DNA of 54,646 nucleotides from an uncultured Mollicutes bacterium (GTDB lineage Bacteria; Bacillota_I; Bacilli_A; Acholeplasmatales; Anaeroplasmataceae): NCBI GenBank assembly GCA_937905855.1, contig CALCWU010000140.1, positions 1 to 54,646 of the forward strand, read 5' to 3'. Shown piece by piece: positions 53,709 to 54,646 of this stretch (position 1 is its first letter; each line of letters starts with the position of its first letter). The notes under the pieces were generated by a model. It saw only the letters and a program-made list of their open reading frames with translations, ran no database searches and was not told where the DNA came from. The position numbers and the translations under genes were made by a program.

Positions 53709-54555
53709 ATTTATTGAATTAATATTAAGATACCAAGGCTATGATTTTAATCATGATAGGTATAAGGGTGTAATCTATAATGAAATAGCTTATAATACTA
53801 AAACTGAAGAAATGGCAAAAAGATATTATGATGCTTATTGTTATTTGTTAAGTAATAGTAGAAGCCCTTTAACAACAAAAATTTTAAGTAAATTTTTCTA
53901 TTTGCTGGAAATAGATATAAATAATACTAAATTAATAAAATTGGTATCATTATTTTTTAAATGTGATGAGGATGTAGCTGTTGATAAGGCAATTTTGTTT
54001 CATTTAGAGGCTTATAAAATAATTAAGGATTTAGATGAGGCAATGGTAATAGCGTTAATGCTGTTTAATTATACATTGGTAAAAAATGATCATCCGAGTG
54101 TTCAATTAAATTCAAGTGAGCTTACGGATTATGAAATATTAAGAGATCGTTATTATACTGGTGATAAAAAGCCGATATATTTATTAATGCTAAATGTAAT
54201 AAGAAATAATAAATATCAGGAAAAATCTTATTATTTAAATTTAAAGCCATTAAATATAAAAGAAATATATAATAGCTTAATAAATGATAAAGAAATGCTA
54301 AATGAAAAATATCGAATTAAAAGCTTAGCTATTTATGGATCATATGCTAAAGGAAATAATAGAATAGATTCAGATATAGATATGCTAGTAAGCTTTAATG
54401 ATGATTTATTAATGGAAGAAAAGCTTAAAAATGTAGCTGAGCTAGAATCAATATATTATAAAAGATTTAATCGCTTTGTTGATATATTAGAGGTAGGAAG
54501 CTATATAAGTGATGAAATAATAGAAGAAATAACCAAAATAAAGAAAATAATGTGA
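53677..54555 (+). CDS. Fusion protein: N-terminal helical domain (possibly a catalytically dead Fic/Fido fold) plus C-terminal minimal nucleotidyltransferase (MNT/Pol-beta superfamily)
   Basis: The ATG at 53677 is 5 nt after GGAGG and overlaps the holin-like ORF by 32 nt. The C-terminal LAIYGSYAKGNNRIDSDIDMLVSF is the GS-x9/10-DxD minimal NTase signature. The N-terminal FHLEAYKIIKDLDEAMVIALMLFNYTLVKNDHP aligns in hydrophobic pattern to the Fic core HPFxDGNGRxxRLLxNxxLxxxGxP, but the His and GNGR are replaced. Confidence 0.6.
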   Translation: MELIVRKRIARFIELILRYQGYDFNHDRYKGVIYNEIAYNTKTEEMAKRYYDAYCYLLSNSRSPLTTKILSKFFYLLEIDINNTKLIKLVSLFFKCDEDVAVDKAILFHLEAYKIIKDLDEAMVIALMLFNYTLVKNDHPSVQLNSSELTDYEILRDRYYTGDKKPIYLLMLNVIRNNKYQEKSYYLNLKPLNIKEIYNSLINDKEMLNEKYRIKSLAIYGSYAKGNNRIDSDIDMLVSFNDDLLMEEKLKNVAELESIYYKRFNRFVDILEVGSYISDEIIEEITKIKKIM

Positions 54556-54565
54556 GGATAAAGAA

Positions 54566-54646
54566 ATGAATAAAGGAATAAAATTAACAAGTATGAGTAA
54601 GGAAGTAGGAAATAATAAGCTCTACTTTAATTTAAATTATTATGAT
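54566..54646 (+). CDS. Start of an unknown ORF, cut by window end
   Basis: The ATG at 54566 is 7 nt after GAGGA and 10 nt after the upstream stop. 27 codons are open to the window edge (MNKGIKLTSMSKEVGNNKLYFNLNYYD). Confidence 0.4.
   Translation, partial: MNKGIKLTSMSKEVGNNKLYFNLNYYD

Noticed and set aside
53409-54555. Interpreting the holin-like gene as evidence for an intact prophage
   Set aside because: No endolysin, terminase, capsid, tail or integrase genes are visible in the 4 kb available. Only an island or remnant can be claimed.
1-54646. Searched by eye for CRISPR arrays, rRNA/tRNA genes, IS elements, integrases/recombinases and long inverted repeats
   Set aside because: I saw no regularly spaced direct repeats, no GC-rich structured RNA-gene-like blocks, and no transposase or integrase motifs in any listed ORF. 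Absence cannot be proven without tRNAscan/Infernal/ISfinder-type searches.

Overview
Visibly AT-rich chromosomal segment of a low-GC, spore-forming Firmicute. An Erysipelotrichia/Clostridia-like gut organism is only a guess. About 45 protein genes were found. No rRNA, tRNA, CRISPR array, transposase or integrase was recognised. The backbone keeps the Bacillus subtilis oriC-proximal gene order (tmk-holB-yaaT-yabB-rsmI-metG ... ksgA-yabG-ispE ... prs-pth), and several accessory blocks interrupt it. (i) 2.8-5.9 kb holds an M60-like zinc-metallopeptidase lipoprotein with a discoidin/CBM32-like tail. (ii) 7.9-12.6 kb holds a tandemly duplicated module: a secreted protein with two PPC-like domains plus a membrane-anchored BspA-type LRR protein. 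The second copy of the first gene is reduced to a roughly 100-nt deletion scar. (iii) 19.7-27.8 kb holds a YitT-family protein, a helical-repeat ORF coupled to a GGDEF cyclase, a fused ABC ATPase/FtsX permease, cwlJ-gerQ, a CxxC lipoprotein and an HD protein. (iv) 35.6-39.6 kb holds two tandem degenerate-GGDEF/EAL proteins. (v) 39.7-49.3 kb holds a giant lipoprotein of about 3214 aa, made of BspA-type LRRs behind four novel-looking His/Cys-rich modules, with a divergently transcribed lipoprotein. (vi) 50.7-54.6 kb is an island with a NACHT/STAND-like NTPase split by one frame change between Walker A and Walker B. Next to it lies a cassette of a holin-like membrane protein, a fusion of a possibly inactive Fic-like domain to a minimal nucleotidyltransferase, and a gene cut by the window end. 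My best candidates for an undescribed system are (vi), then the PPC/LRR module (ii), then the His/Cys modules of the giant protein. All functional calls rest on motifs read by eye in the translations; no database search was possible.
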